DNA of 64,000 bases, from positions 18,840 to 82,839 of IMG/VR virus record IMGVR_UViG_3300037781_000208; one strand, given 5' to 3'. The notes beneath the pieces are model-generated. The model had not been told where the DNA came from, did not search any database, and saw nothing but the letters and a program-made list of their open reading frames with translations. The DNA is from a virus (lineage: Duplodnaviria; Caudoviricetes). A program made the position numbers and the translations under genes. This document shows, one piece after another, positions 1-9,835 of this stretch. The first letter of the stretch is position 1, and the number at the start of each line of letters is the position of its first letter.

Positions 1-1099
1 ATGCATCGATTACTTCCCGAAGCAAATCTGTCTCATTCGAATCCTCGGTTGCTCGTTGATGCAGCATGTAGTCCTCGTTAAATCGTTCCAGCTTTCTAGT
101 GCCGAGGCCTTTGCGACGAATTTGCAGCAGATCGAACAGTGTCCGGTAAATACCGCCTCGGTCGCGGTAGCGCTTGAGCTTCTCATTAAACGTTGAATTG
201 GCGACATCGAGCATTCCAGCGGCCGCACTGACCGATCCCGCTGCCATTATCGCAAGTATCCAGTGGAAGTACTCAGGTTCCACCTTGCGGGCAATACTGA
301 TGAAGTGGCCGGCCAAGTCTTCTTTGAGCACAGTATTTTCCGTCTGTAGATTGCGGATTCCCTTATCGAGTAGCGCCAGCTTCTCCTCAATCATCGCAAG
401 GAATTTGCGACCATCCTCTTCACGCGCCACATCAGGCGGGAGCAATGAACGCTTAAATGTAAGCCATTGGGCCTGCGCACCGCTACTCCAATCCAGACTA
501 CGCGGGCTCAAGGTAAAGCTGTGCTCAATCTCATAACAATTCCATCCCACTCGATAAACAAAATCCTTTAGATCGGCCTTCCCGTCGTAGGAACTGGCCA
601 GGAGGATGATTTGCCGAGGACCGCGGACATTCAGAAAGCGCATTAATATCTGCGGCAGATAGCCTGGATTAAGACCGCCCACGAGTTTTACCTCCATTCG
701 GTCTTTCCCGAGGGTCATCTTTCCGATCGGCAAAACATTTGGCTGCGGCGGCTCCGACCGGTCCGGCTCCAGTTCCAGCAGGCGGGCAAGTTCCAGACGG
801 AAACGCGCAAAGTTCGGATGATACTGAACGAGTTCCTCTGGGGCAAATGGGCGGCGGTCGCAGCGTCCCTCATCGCACACACCGACGAAGGAACCGTCCG
901 CATGCTCGACAATCCGGTAATGGCAGTGGGGGCTCCTTGCACAGCCGAATGTCTCAGACCGGCGACCGGATGGAATCAGCCACGGCTCGATCTCGGAAAA
1001 TCGCTCTTTCAGTATTCCTTGCCACTGATCGCGTCGGAACGCATGACCGATGCACTGGTCAATACACTGAAAAACGGAATTCATTTTGTTTGCTGCCAT
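1..1099 (-). CDS. Partial CDS (runs off the left edge): Cys/His-rich N-terminus and C-terminal HTH; paralog of 56220..57398
   Basis: Manual translation from ATG 1099 gives MAANKMNSVFQCIDQCIGHAF...CHYRIVEH...GVCDEGRC...GSVSAAAGMLDVANSTFNEKLKRY. It is colinear with the 56220..57398 protein and has an AGGA RBS. It is absent from the ORF track because no stop falls inside the window. Confidence 0.85.
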   Translation of the reverse strand, partial: MAANKMNSVFQCIDQCIGHAFRRDQWQGILKERFSEIEPWLIPSGRRSETFGCARSPHCHYRIVEHADGSFVGVCDEGRCDRRPFAPEELVQYHPNFARFRLELARLLELEPDRSEPPQPNVLPIGKMTLGKDRMEVKLVGGLNPGYLPQILMRFLNVRGPRQIILLASSYDGKADLKDFVYRVGWNCYEIEHSFTLSPRSLDWSSGAQAQWLTFKRSLLPPDVAREEDGRKFLAMIEEKLALLDKGIRNLQTENTVLKEDLAGHFISIARKVEPEYFHWILAIMAAGSVSAAAGMLDVANSTFNEKLKRYRDRGGIYRTLFDLLQIRRKGLGTRKLERFNEDYMLHQRATEDSNETDLLREVIDA

Positions 1100-2225
1100 A
1101 TGTTTGTCCTTTCTCGATAAATCCTCGCCGACCGAGCCATTCCTCGACCACCACGGCGTCCTCATCGCGGCTGTAGAGAGCGACATTGGTCGGCTTCAAG
1201 GTGACTGTTCGCGGGGTTGGGTTGTCATCAAAGCGAATGCGAAAGCTTGCCCGCTTGAGATTCCATTTTTCTGAAATCCCGTTTTCTGCATATCGGAGAT
1301 TTTCGAAAAGGTTAACTGCCTTGCGCACCGTCAGTTCCTCCACGACCTTTTTCTCAGTAAATTGAAGCTCGGTCAGCCGCACCCACTGGATTCCTGGGAC
1401 ATCGGTCACATTGAGGGCGGCCTCCCCCATCTCGCGCAAGGGTTCCAGGCTGTATTTGCCCGCCCCGCCAAAGTAATGATCCCGCCCAAACAAGTAGTAT
1501 CCGAATTGCTTGCGGTACTCGCTGCGGAGCTTCTCGGTGCGGGCATTGATGCCGAGTTCCTTCGTCAACTGGTTGTACACCACCAGATCATAGGTTTGGG
1601 GGCGAAAGGTCACACTGCCGCTTTCTCCGTTTTCCAAGGTCGCCTCGCGCCGGTACAACTCGCCGTGGCAGATGAGAAACCAGATCTCGTTGAGCCGGGG
1701 ATAGACCTGCACGCGCGTTCCGGGTCCCTGCCCGCGTTCCTGAAAGAAGATATCCAAGGCATGTTCCAGCGACCGCAGAGTGCGCTCGGTTGGCTCATTG
1801 GGCTCATCGTCCTCAATCGAGCTAAAGTACTCAAACGACCGCACCCGCAGCATTGCCAGCTCCGCATGTCGCCGCATCAGGGACTCCGGATCCTCGAGCC
1901 ATAGTCGCAGTGCGAGCTCCATCCGCGTCAGCCCCTCCTCGGGCGATATGCCGCGCTGTCGGGCCTCATCCATTAAAATGTCCTCCGCCGCCGGGACGGC
2001 CATCTCCTTGATGCAAAACAGCGCCTCCGTTAGACCGCGTGGGGTATCCGGCCCGGGATTCATTAAAATGCGGCTGATCTCATCAGTGTCGGGCGCGCCG
2101 CCCCACCCCAATCCGCAATGCTCAAAGTAATCGCGGAATCGTTCCAAAAATCGCCAGAGCAGGGCCGGCCGAATGCGCGCAAGGGTTTGCGCTCGTGTGA
2201 ATAGGGATGCCTGAAGTGTCGCCAT
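1059..2225 (-). CDS. Conserved hypothetical protein (388 aa), paralog of 57358..58524
   Basis: Same length and ungapped similarity to the 57358..58524 product (e.g. FRP..D.VV.NQLT.E.GINA, YSLEPLRE.GE.ALNV.DVPGIQW). Confidence 0.9.
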   Translation of the reverse strand: MATLQASLFTRAQTLARIRPALLWRFLERFRDYFEHCGLGWGGAPDTDEISRILMNPGPDTPRGLTEALFCIKEMAVPAAEDILMDEARQRGISPEEGLTRMELALRLWLEDPESLMRRHAELAMLRVRSFEYFSSIEDDEPNEPTERTLRSLEHALDIFFQERGQGPGTRVQVYPRLNEIWFLICHGELYRREATLENGESGSVTFRPQTYDLVVYNQLTKELGINARTEKLRSEYRKQFGYYLFGRDHYFGGAGKYSLEPLREMGEAALNVTDVPGIQWVRLTELQFTEKKVVEELTVRKAVNLFENLRYAENGISEKWNLKRASFRIRFDDNPTPRTVTLKPTNVALYSRDEDAVVVEEWLGRRGFIEKGQTYGSKQNEFRFSVY

Positions 2226-2260
2226 GAGTTCGCATAATCAATAAAAAGCGCGCCTTCCTT

Positions 2261-2394
2261 CTGACACTCTGCTCCGCCGGCCAGATTAGCGGGGCTGGCC
2301 TCCCATAAGAGACCGCATTCCCACACGGAAATCGGGTGGAGAGTCACCTGCTCCACCAGCGGCAATCACCCTCCTGTACCGGGGCGCTCCGGCC
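2261..2394 (-). promoter_or_regulatory. Conserved, probably structured leader upstream of the 388-aa gene (copy 1)
   Basis: Blocks CTGACACTCTGC.CCGCCGG.CAG.TTAGCGGGGCT.GCC and CCACCAGCG...CTCCTGTACC.GG.CGC.CCGGCC are shared with 58564..58692; GGTGGA...TCCACC hairpin is kept. Confidence 0.55.
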
Positions 2395-2701
2395 AACAAA
2401 GAATCAATCGCGAATCCAGTTGAAACGATTAACCATCCGCCATGGCAAGCACAAATAGGTGAAAACTTGTTCACCCCAATAAATTTCCCCGCTTCTTTCG
2501 CAACAGGATAAATGGACAAGGAATCAAGGTTAATGAGTTTTTCTGGACTGTTTTTTGTAAATCGCGATGCGAACCACGCAAAATAACTTGCATCTCACAG
2601 CGGACTATTTAGTAAATGATGAATGCTTTCTGGCAACCGATTAAAGAACTCAACGCATGCGCGTCTGCTCTAGAATCTTCTTCATTTAAAGTAGTAGTTA
2701 T

Positions 2702-3721
2702 TTGGTCTTAGCAGAAGCTCGGGTAGAAAAATCAAGGATCGAGGTCATAGATATGGATGAAAAGAGCAGAAACCAGCCTGCGACAGGACGTCAGAAAGAG
2801 TTATTAAGTCGCTGCGGAGTAAACTTTGCAGAGGGCATCACGAAGGGGGAAGCTTCGGATTTGATAGGAAAGATTCCAGCCTGGGATAGCTCGAAAGATA
2901 TACTGGATGAGCATGGGGTTAATTATGCAAAGGGGATAACAAATGCTGAGGCAGACGAATTAATCCGAGGATTGAAGGCTACCAAAGAACAGAGAAAGAT
3001 TTTAAGATTCTTCGGCAAGAAGGTTCCGACTAATTTGCCCTACAAGGTCGCCAGCGAAATAATCAATGCGATCCCAGAAGACGAAATGGATAAATATCAT
3101 GCAAGAGAAGATCGCTTGGATGACATTGAGTGTGCTCGGGAATCAATAAACCACTGCCGAGAAGAATTTAACAGTAAGTCGATTCCAAAGAAGTTGTTTA
3201 CTGAGATATACGAAGAGCTTGAGGGACGCGGCCACAGCCTTGAGCAGATAGAAGAAATGGAAAAGGAGATATTTGAGATGGCGATAAAGCGAAGGCCTGA
3301 ATTAAAGAAAACGGAGAGTCCAAGGAAAAGAGTTCAAAGCAGTGGATGCTTGGTAATATTAGTACCCTTTCTGGCAGTTGGCCTGGCGTTCTTATTCGGA
3401 AGTTTGCTATATGCTTCAAAAACGTCTGATGAGTTACTGGAGGAACTCCGTGATCTTGAAGAGAATTGGGAAAAATATCAAGCCAAGGCAGACACCGATG
3501 CAAAAGTTAAGGCGGAGCTGCAAATTGCTAAGGAAAAGAACAAACCTATAATAGGGATGTTGGGATCAGAATATGTAGAGAGATTTGGGAGTCCGGACGA
3601 CAAGAAGGTTACCAAAACTGAGCACGGAACCCACACTATGTTTATCTACAAGAAAAATGGTAAAACAATTCGATTTGTTCATCTTAAAAACGGAAAGGTT
3701 ACTGGTTACACAGATTATTAA
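2702..3721 (+). CDS. Hypothetical membrane protein with three ~32-aa N-terminal repeats (AT..Q..LL..G......IT..EA..LI); likely start ATG 2753
   Basis: Repeats visible in the translation; one hydrophobic segment (CLVILVPFLAVGLAFLFGSLL). Confidence 0.75.
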   Translation: MVLAEARVEKSRIEVIDMDEKSRNQPATGRQKELLSRCGVNFAEGITKGEASDLIGKIPAWDSSKDILDEHGVNYAKGITNAEADELIRGLKATKEQRKILRFFGKKVPTNLPYKVASEIINAIPEDEMDKYHAREDRLDDIECARESINHCREEFNSKSIPKKLFTEIYEELEGRGHSLEQIEEMEKEIFEMAIKRRPELKKTESPRKRVQSSGCLVILVPFLAVGLAFLFGSLLYASKTSDELLEELRDLEENWEKYQAKADTDAKVKAELQIAKEKNKPIIGMLGSEYVERFGSPDDKKVTKTEHGTHTMFIYKKNGKTIRFVHLKNGKVTGYTDY

Positions 3722-3736
3722 ATTATACAAAATTAC

Positions 3737-4039
3737 ATGAACAAAGCGATATCGAAAATCTTCGGTTATTTAGTGGCTATATTCAGTGTGCTGGTTTTTG
3801 CCTCTTTATTTCAATATGGTTTTGGAGGTTACGAAAATGGCGTTAAATCTCCGAATGACACAATGACAGGGGATGTTTATTTGGATGTGGGCCTGATGCT
3901 TGGGGCCTACATTCTGGTGATTGGTTTTGTTTGTACCGTTATTGCCATCAAAGAGCATCTAGAGCGGATTGAATACATACTGACGGCTCTAGCCCAATCC
4001 CATCAGGAAGATAAGAAAACATCTGAACCGTTCCAGTGA
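3737..4039 (+). CDS. Small two-TM hypothetical protein
   Basis: Two hydrophobic stretches; operonic spacing after the preceding gene. Confidence 0.7.
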   Translation: MNKAISKIFGYLVAIFSVLVFASLFQYGFGGYENGVKSPNDTMTGDVYLDVGLMLGAYILVIGFVCTVIAIKEHLERIEYILTALAQSHQEDKKTSEPFQ

Positions 4040-4095
4040 AACTTACTTAACAGATAGTCCAATACAGAACAAGTGAATGCTTTCAACCCGGATTC

Positions 4096-4935
4096 ATGCT
4101 CAGCGTCAAACAACTCTTTCTTGCCGATGGGCTGCAATGCCCGGCCGAGGAAATAAAACTCGTTCGCCATGTTGATCACTTAAATCGATCCATTCGTCGC
4201 ATCGTTGCTGAGGGGCATTTTGACTTCTATCAATGCGAACAGTTGGAGGACAAAAAGCCCTTTCACAAATGCAGCATCATTCTTTCTTTCCTTGGTATTG
4301 AAAGCAACAAAGCGGAGTTCTACGGAGCTTATCGCGTCTCAGGTTGTCGCCCCTTTTACAAAGAGGAGTAGAAAGGGATGCCAGACTGGCTGTCTTTAGC
4401 GCATGAAGACAATCGACCTCGGATTTTCTACGAACTTGAAGAACTGTCGGAATACCAAAGCTACCGTGGTAGACTCATCGTCACATGGCGTAATCCGCGC
4501 GTTTGGCACCAGAGGAAGGATCTGGATATCTACGAGATACTGCCTGCAACGGTATCAACCTTATTTCCCGGATACCAAGAGGTGCTGTTAGGATACGAAG
4601 GACTCCGGGCTATTTTTGCGGACCCTCGCGCACACAGAGACTGGCAAGCAGCGCTTAAAGCAAACGCTGGCATTTATCGAATCGTCGATCTTTCCGATGG
4701 AAAAACCTATATTGGATCGGCCTACGGCGCTGGGGGACTATGGTCTCGCTGGCAAACCTATGGGAGAACAGGACATGGCGGAAACAAACTTTTGAAAGAG
4801 CGAGATCCGTCACAGTTCCAATGGTCAATCGTGCGCACGCTTTCCACGACAATGTCCGACCGAGATGTCATTCGCATCGAGGCCTTGGAAAAGCAAAAAC
4901 ACGGGAGCCGAGCGATTGGCCTGAACGGAAACTGA
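4096..4935 (+). pseudogene. GIY-YIG nuclease family gene interrupted by a single in-frame TAG (4369-4371)
   Basis: ORFs 4096..4371 and 4378..4935 are in the same frame, separated only by TAG-AAA-GGG. The C-terminal part has GIYRIVDLSDGKTYIGSAYG...RW..Y. Confidence 0.8.
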
Positions 4936-5194
4936 AATGCCTTCTTCTACTGCGGCCCAATCCAAAATAATGCTCTGCATTCTCCATCATGCCCACGCTA
5001 AGATAGTGATAGGGTATTGTAACCGACTTTCATTATTGGAAAAGATAACAGTTTTTTGAAAATGCTATGAAGAACGAAAGACTAAAATGTTCATCAATAC
5101 CCAGAAGCAAATAAAATCAAATTGCAAAGCAGTAAAAGTTTGAATAATGTCTAAATATAGACGATTCTAAACCAACCTGTCAAAAAACAATACT

Positions 5195-6691
5195 ATGTCT
5201 CTAATCAATTGTCCCGAATGTGGCCATGAAGTATCCGACAAGGCTGCTTCTTGCCCTAGCTGTGGTATGCCACTACTCAATGAACAGGCGGAAATCCGCA
5301 AGCGACCTGTGGTCGAAAAGAATTCTGGGGATGGTAAGGACAATCGGGGGATGGCGCTGCCTACCATTAGAACCATCTTGATTATTTCGGCGCTACTCTT
5401 AACAGCATCGTACCCCTTGATTGGTTTTATTGCAGGTGGGTTAGTCCTTCTTCTGATTGTTTGTCTTAAGGTAGAGCAGACCAAGGCGTTTGCATGGAAG
5501 ACGTTGGGCATCAATCCAAGCAAACGTTTTATCTCCGGATTCGCAGTATTTTGTTACTTTATCTATTCTACAACTCTGCTACTAGCTGCTTTTGGAGGAC
5601 ACCACACCATAGCAGAGCAAGCTAGAGTGGAAACTGAGATACGACAAGCCGAGATTAAGCGAAATGCAAAACTTGCCGAACGCCGAGATGCAGCAAATGC
5701 TCGGGTACAAGAACTCGTGGAAAATGCACGTGAGCTTTGGAGCACTGGTCAACGTGCGGAGGCTTCTAGGGTGATTAAAAGAGCAGAGGGCTTAATGTAT
5801 GCGACACAATTTGATGAACTAAAAGATCTTAAAACGGAATTTGCTGTTGCCGCCGCGGAGGCAACGTATGTGAGAGCGTCCAGCCTTGCTGAAAATGGGA
5901 GTTTTGAAGAAGCAAGCATATTACTTCAAGACATCCTAAATGATAATCGTGTTTCTGATAAGCAGAACGCTGAAAATTTAAGCAAGTGGCTGAGTTTTAT
6001 GCTAGATGAAAAGGAGCTGGAAGATTTCCTATTCAATTTGGAGGATACATTATATGAATTCCTAAAAACGAATCATTCGTTACCAGCCAAACTCCAGTCT
6101 GGGATTGCCGCAATTGATTCAAAGCTATTAGATTTGTCTATGCAGTTGATTCCACAGTTAGACGGCAAGCGACAGCAGCATAAGTTGGAAGAGGAAAAAG
6201 CCACAAAATTAAACTCAGCTGTGAGTGATTTTTTAGCAACCGGTGTTAATAGAAAGGTTCCTTACCATCTCTGGCCCTTATTGGGAAATCCGATCGGACT
6301 TATTGGCACGGATGGAACTTATTGGGCCGCATACTTGCCGGGAGGTAACATTTCATTCATCTCGACCAAAGCCGATGACAGAGTAATTTTCGTTGGCAAA
6401 GGGCGAAGTGCAATGCACGAGCTTCCTAAGATTAAGGAGAACCGGAAAAAGCAAATAGAGGCACAGTTCAGTGCGTGGGACGGATCACATCAAAATTTAA
6501 CAAGGTACATAAAACAAGTTATGAATGATCCCAAATCATACGAACACGTTCAAACAACTTACTCGGATTTCGGAAGTCACCTAGTCGTGAAAACTCAATT
6601 CCGAGGTAAGAATGCTTTTGGCGGAGTCGTATTGGATATGGTTAAAGCAAAAATTGCCCTCGATGGGACGATTCTGGAAATAGTGGAATAA
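5195..6691 (+). CDS. Zinc-ribbon membrane protein with a phage-type C-terminal domain
   Basis: N-terminal CPECG...CPSCG; TM helices; C-terminal MNDPKSYEHV...FRGKNAFGGVV motif typical of phage / prophage membrane proteins. Confidence 0.8.
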   Translation: MSLINCPECGHEVSDKAASCPSCGMPLLNEQAEIRKRPVVEKNSGDGKDNRGMALPTIRTILIISALLLTASYPLIGFIAGGLVLLLIVCLKVEQTKAFAWKTLGINPSKRFISGFAVFCYFIYSTTLLLAAFGGHHTIAEQARVETEIRQAEIKRNAKLAERRDAANARVQELVENARELWSTGQRAEASRVIKRAEGLMYATQFDELKDLKTEFAVAAAEATYVRASSLAENGSFEEASILLQDILNDNRVSDKQNAENLSKWLSFMLDEKELEDFLFNLEDTLYEFLKTNHSLPAKLQSGIAAIDSKLLDLSMQLIPQLDGKRQQHKLEEEKATKLNSAVSDFLATGVNRKVPYHLWPLLGNPIGLIGTDGTYWAAYLPGGNISFISTKADDRVIFVGKGRSAMHELPKIKENRKKQIEAQFSAWDGSHQNLTRYIKQVMNDPKSYEHVQTTYSDFGSHLVVKTQFRGKNAFGGVVLDMVKAKIALDGTILEIVE

Positions 6692-6734
6692 TCTTTTAGG
6701 AAATGTAACGGCCCTAATATTCTCTGCCGTGTCT

Positions 6735-7883
6735 TTATGAATCATTGGGCCCAATCCCAAAATACCGCCCTGCATTCCCCGCCGTGGCCACCCCGAGATA
6801 GTGATCCCACAAAATTGCCTGATTCTTGTGACTGACCAGCAGGGCCGTTTTTCCCGGATCTCGGTGCAGAGCGACATGGTAGCTGACAAATGAATGTCGC
6901 AGGCAGTTCTTGGGCGGGGCCTTGGGCTGCAGCTTGCCCTTACTTGCCTTGGCGGCGGCTTTGGTGACCAGCAGGCCCGCGCGAGCGAAGGCAGCTTCCC
7001 TACGGCGTGCAAATTCCCGTGGAGACATTTTGAAAGCAGCCGCAGGCGTACGCTCCAGCCATGACCAGAGATTTTCGGGGAGGCCCTCGATGAAGTGGCG
7101 ACGGCCCTTCTTTGTTTTGGCGGCGGGGGTGAGGATCGCCCGGTTCTTAAAATCCAGTTCATCCCATGCGAGGCGACTGATGGCAGATGACCGCATCCCG
7201 GCAAAGGCACCAAGGGCGAGGAGTCCGCAAATTTCCGGATCCACCTTCTCGTTTGCCCGGAATAATGCCTCTGTCTCGGCAACCGTGAGAATCCCTGGCT
7301 CAGCCAGGTGGACCTTCGGGGTGGGAACGGCGGAGGCCGGATTGGATTGGGTCCATTCCTGCCGGATGAACCACTTGAACGCCCCAACAAGGTAGGTCCG
7401 GTAATGCTTTTTGCTCAGTGCCTGAAACGGCAGATCATGAATGAACTCCGAAATGTCCTGTGACGTTATGTCCCGCAATGGCTTCTCCCCGTACTTTGCA
7501 GAGAAACGCTCAAGCGCGCGCAGGATTTGCTTCTGATAGGCTTCATCCCGACCAGCCCGTTGCATTTCCAGAAGGTAGGCCTGCATCGCTTCTGAGAAAG
7601 TCCTGTCGCCCTCTGTGGCGTGATTGGCCAACCAGAATTCCGCCATTTCCACTGGATCCACTCCAGGGAGAATTTCCGTCACCGTCTGCCACCTCCGGGC
7701 GAGCGCCTTATCGAACTGAAAGACCTCGGTGCCGTGTTGGGCGATCTCCTTGTTGAACTCCCGGACAAACTTATCCCGCTCTTTTTCGGTGGCAAAGAAC
7801 CGGCTACGCGGCTTTCGATTGACCCACCAGCGGGCTTCCCACGGCCTGCGGCGGCCGTCACGGTAATGCGCCTTGATTTCCAT
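6735..7883 (-). CDS. Tyrosine recombinase / integrase (copy 1)
   Basis: Catalytic signature GMRSSAI (R), KTKK (K), NCLRHSF (RH), SH, DHY (Y); N-terminal arm-binding-like segment. Confidence 0.9.
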   Translation of the reverse strand: MEIKAHYRDGRRRPWEARWWVNRKPRSRFFATEKERDKFVREFNKEIAQHGTEVFQFDKALARRWQTVTEILPGVDPVEMAEFWLANHATEGDRTFSEAMQAYLLEMQRAGRDEAYQKQILRALERFSAKYGEKPLRDITSQDISEFIHDLPFQALSKKHYRTYLVGAFKWFIRQEWTQSNPASAVPTPKVHLAEPGILTVAETEALFRANEKVDPEICGLLALGAFAGMRSSAISRLAWDELDFKNRAILTPAAKTKKGRRHFIEGLPENLWSWLERTPAAAFKMSPREFARRREAAFARAGLLVTKAAAKASKGKLQPKAPPKNCLRHSFVSYHVALHRDPGKTALLVSHKNQAILWDHYLGVATAGNAGRYFGIGPNDS

Positions 7884-7922
7884 GGGTTAAGTCAAGACAT
7901 GGTCGATACGCTCGGCAATCGC

Positions 7923-9149
7923 TTATCGCGGATTTTTCAGCGGAAAGATGTCGAAGTACTTCCCCGCGTCCTTCTGGTTAGCGATTCCGAGATAGTGCCG
8001 GTAGAGACAGTCCTGATCTCGATGGCTGACGATGAGGGCGGTCTTTCCCGGATTGCGGTGGAGGGCGACATGATAGGTCACAAAGCTGTGGCGCAGAGCG
8101 TTCTTCGGCGGGCATTTGGGTTTGATGTCCAACAGCGCCTCTCCCCTCGCCTCCCGTTTCGCGTTCTCTTGGTTGATGTCGTCCGCTTCGATGAGCAGCC
8201 CGGCTCTTTTGAACGCTTGCGCGCGCCGGTGGAGCATCTGCCGGTGGGTCATCGAGAAAGCAGCCGCAGGCGTTTTCTTCAACCATGCCCACAGATTCTC
8301 GGGCAGGTCCTCGATCCACTGGCGGCGCTTTTTCTTGGTCTTCTCGGCGGGGGTCAGGATGCCGCCCTGTTTGAAGTCGATTTCCTCGTAGTCGATTCGG
8401 GCGATGGCAGAGGACCGCATCCCGGCGAAGGCCCCGAGGGCGAGGAGGCCGCAAATCTCCGGGTCGATCTTCTCGTTGGCCCGAAACAAGGCGCGGGTTT
8501 CAGCGACAGTGAGGATCTCCGGTTCCTTGTCCTGAATCTGGGGCGATTCCACCCGCTTCATCGGATTATCCGTGAGCCAGCCCTGCTTGTCCCACCATCC
8601 AAACGCCCCTTGGAAGTAGGTCCGCTTGTTCTTGATGGTGATCGGCCCGTAGGGAAGTCCGAACAGGTAGTCGCGTAGTTCTTCGGTGGAAAACTCCCGG
8701 ACGAGGCGGTTTCCGAATTCATCTTCAAGATCAGCCAGTGCCTGGCGAACATGGCCAATGTAGCTATTGTTCCGCCCGACGTTCTCCATGCTCTGGAGAT
8801 AGGCAGCGGCGGCATCACGCAGGTATCGATCGCCCAGCTTGGCGATTTTCCGTTGTTCCGCTTTCCAGAATTTGAAGACCTCCACCGGGTCCGCCTCCGG
8901 GGCAATCGCGATGGCCTGCTGCCACCTGATCAGTTGGTGTGGGGCGATGGTCGGAAGGACCGGATCCTGCCGCTGGGCGGTCAGTTTCAATTGCTCGATG
9001 AACTCGTCCCGGGCCGCCGCCGAGGCAAAGAACTTATTTCGCTGGCGCAGCTTGCAGTCCGAAGCCGAGGCGGAGGATGGAGCCGCTTCATACCATCGGG
9101 CGACGTAGGGCTTCTTCCGGTAGGGTTGGTGATCGGCGTGTATTCTCAT
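7923..9149 (-). CDS. Tyrosine recombinase / integrase (copy 2, tandem paralog)
   Basis: GMRSSAI, KTKK, NALRHSF, SH, RHY; long near-identical blocks with 6735..7883 (ICGLLALGAFAGMRSSAI). Confidence 0.9.
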   Translation of the reverse strand: MRIHADHQPYRKKPYVARWYEAAPSSASASDCKLRQRNKFFASAAARDEFIEQLKLTAQRQDPVLPTIAPHQLIRWQQAIAIAPEADPVEVFKFWKAEQRKIAKLGDRYLRDAAAAYLQSMENVGRNNSYIGHVRQALADLEDEFGNRLVREFSTEELRDYLFGLPYGPITIKNKRTYFQGAFGWWDKQGWLTDNPMKRVESPQIQDKEPEILTVAETRALFRANEKIDPEICGLLALGAFAGMRSSAIARIDYEEIDFKQGGILTPAEKTKKKRRQWIEDLPENLWAWLKKTPAAAFSMTHRQMLHRRAQAFKRAGLLIEADDINQENAKREARGEALLDIKPKCPPKNALRHSFVTYHVALHRNPGKTALIVSHRDQDCLYRHYLGIANQKDAGKYFDIFPLKNPR

Positions 9150-9189
9150 GGCGATTTTAATCTACCAGAGTGAGGCGACGATCATAGGT

Positions 9190-9675
9190 CTAAGTCCGTC
9201 TTTTAAAACTTTTAGAAGGGTTCCTCCCCACATCGATTCCGAGGATATGCCCAATCTCACAAATATCTTGATAAATCATGGTAGAGTCGTTGACGCCGTC
9301 GGCATTGGAAATACGAATCAGAAGACCGGCCGCTTCATGCAACTCCTGTCTACTTTGCACGCAACGCATGATTCTAAGCATTCTGTATGCAGGCAAAGCT
9401 GCACACGATGCTCGAAGTTTAGCAGCTAAGCCTCGAACAGTGGTTGTGGCTTCATCAAACTTATCCGAATTATCGCTCCTGCGCTTATTTGTAAGGAGAT
9501 TTGAATAGAAAACCAAAGTGTAGGAAATTTCTGCGAGTATCTTCCTGTATTCAAGATACGGTTTTATCAGCAGGTCACTAACGACGTGTGTCATGAAATA
9601 AAGCAAACAACCACCGATCAACGTGACGGAAGCGGTGAGAAGGATCTGCGTAAGATTATCCATTCGCCAGTCCAT
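9190..9675 (-). CDS. Hypothetical protein with an N-terminal TM helix
   Basis: 161-aa ORF, low GC, hydrophobic N-terminus. Confidence 0.6.
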   Translation of the reverse strand: MDWRMDNLTQILLTASVTLIGGCLLYFMTHVVSDLLIKPYLEYRKILAEISYTLVFYSNLLTNKRRSDNSDKFDEATTTVRGLAAKLRASCAALPAYRMLRIMRCVQSRQELHEAAGLLIRISNADGVNDSTMIYQDICEIGHILGIDVGRNPSKSFKRRT

Positions 9676-9835
9676 AAATGCAAAAATCCTCCGGTCAAAT
9701 TCCGTTTTCAGTCAAGATCCAGCCAAAGTCGGTTGAGTGACAGTCAAGCCAAAATGGCCCACGGAAGTAGTGATATGTTATGAATTCCCTTCTAAAGCTG
9801 CGCGGTGTCCTCAGTCGCTTCAAGGCCAGAGTGCC

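Noticed and set aside
4369-4371. Amber (TAG) recoding of the element
   Set aside because: Terminase (38114) and gpW-like (37533) genes end normally in TAG, and no other gene is broken by TAG.
7620-8678. Long plus-strand ORFs such as 7620..8678, 10142..10840, 11205..11879, 39233..41260, 57490..58461 and 63332..64000
   Set aside because: They are antisense shadows of well-supported minus-strand genes in GC-rich DNA, with no motifs or RBS of their own.
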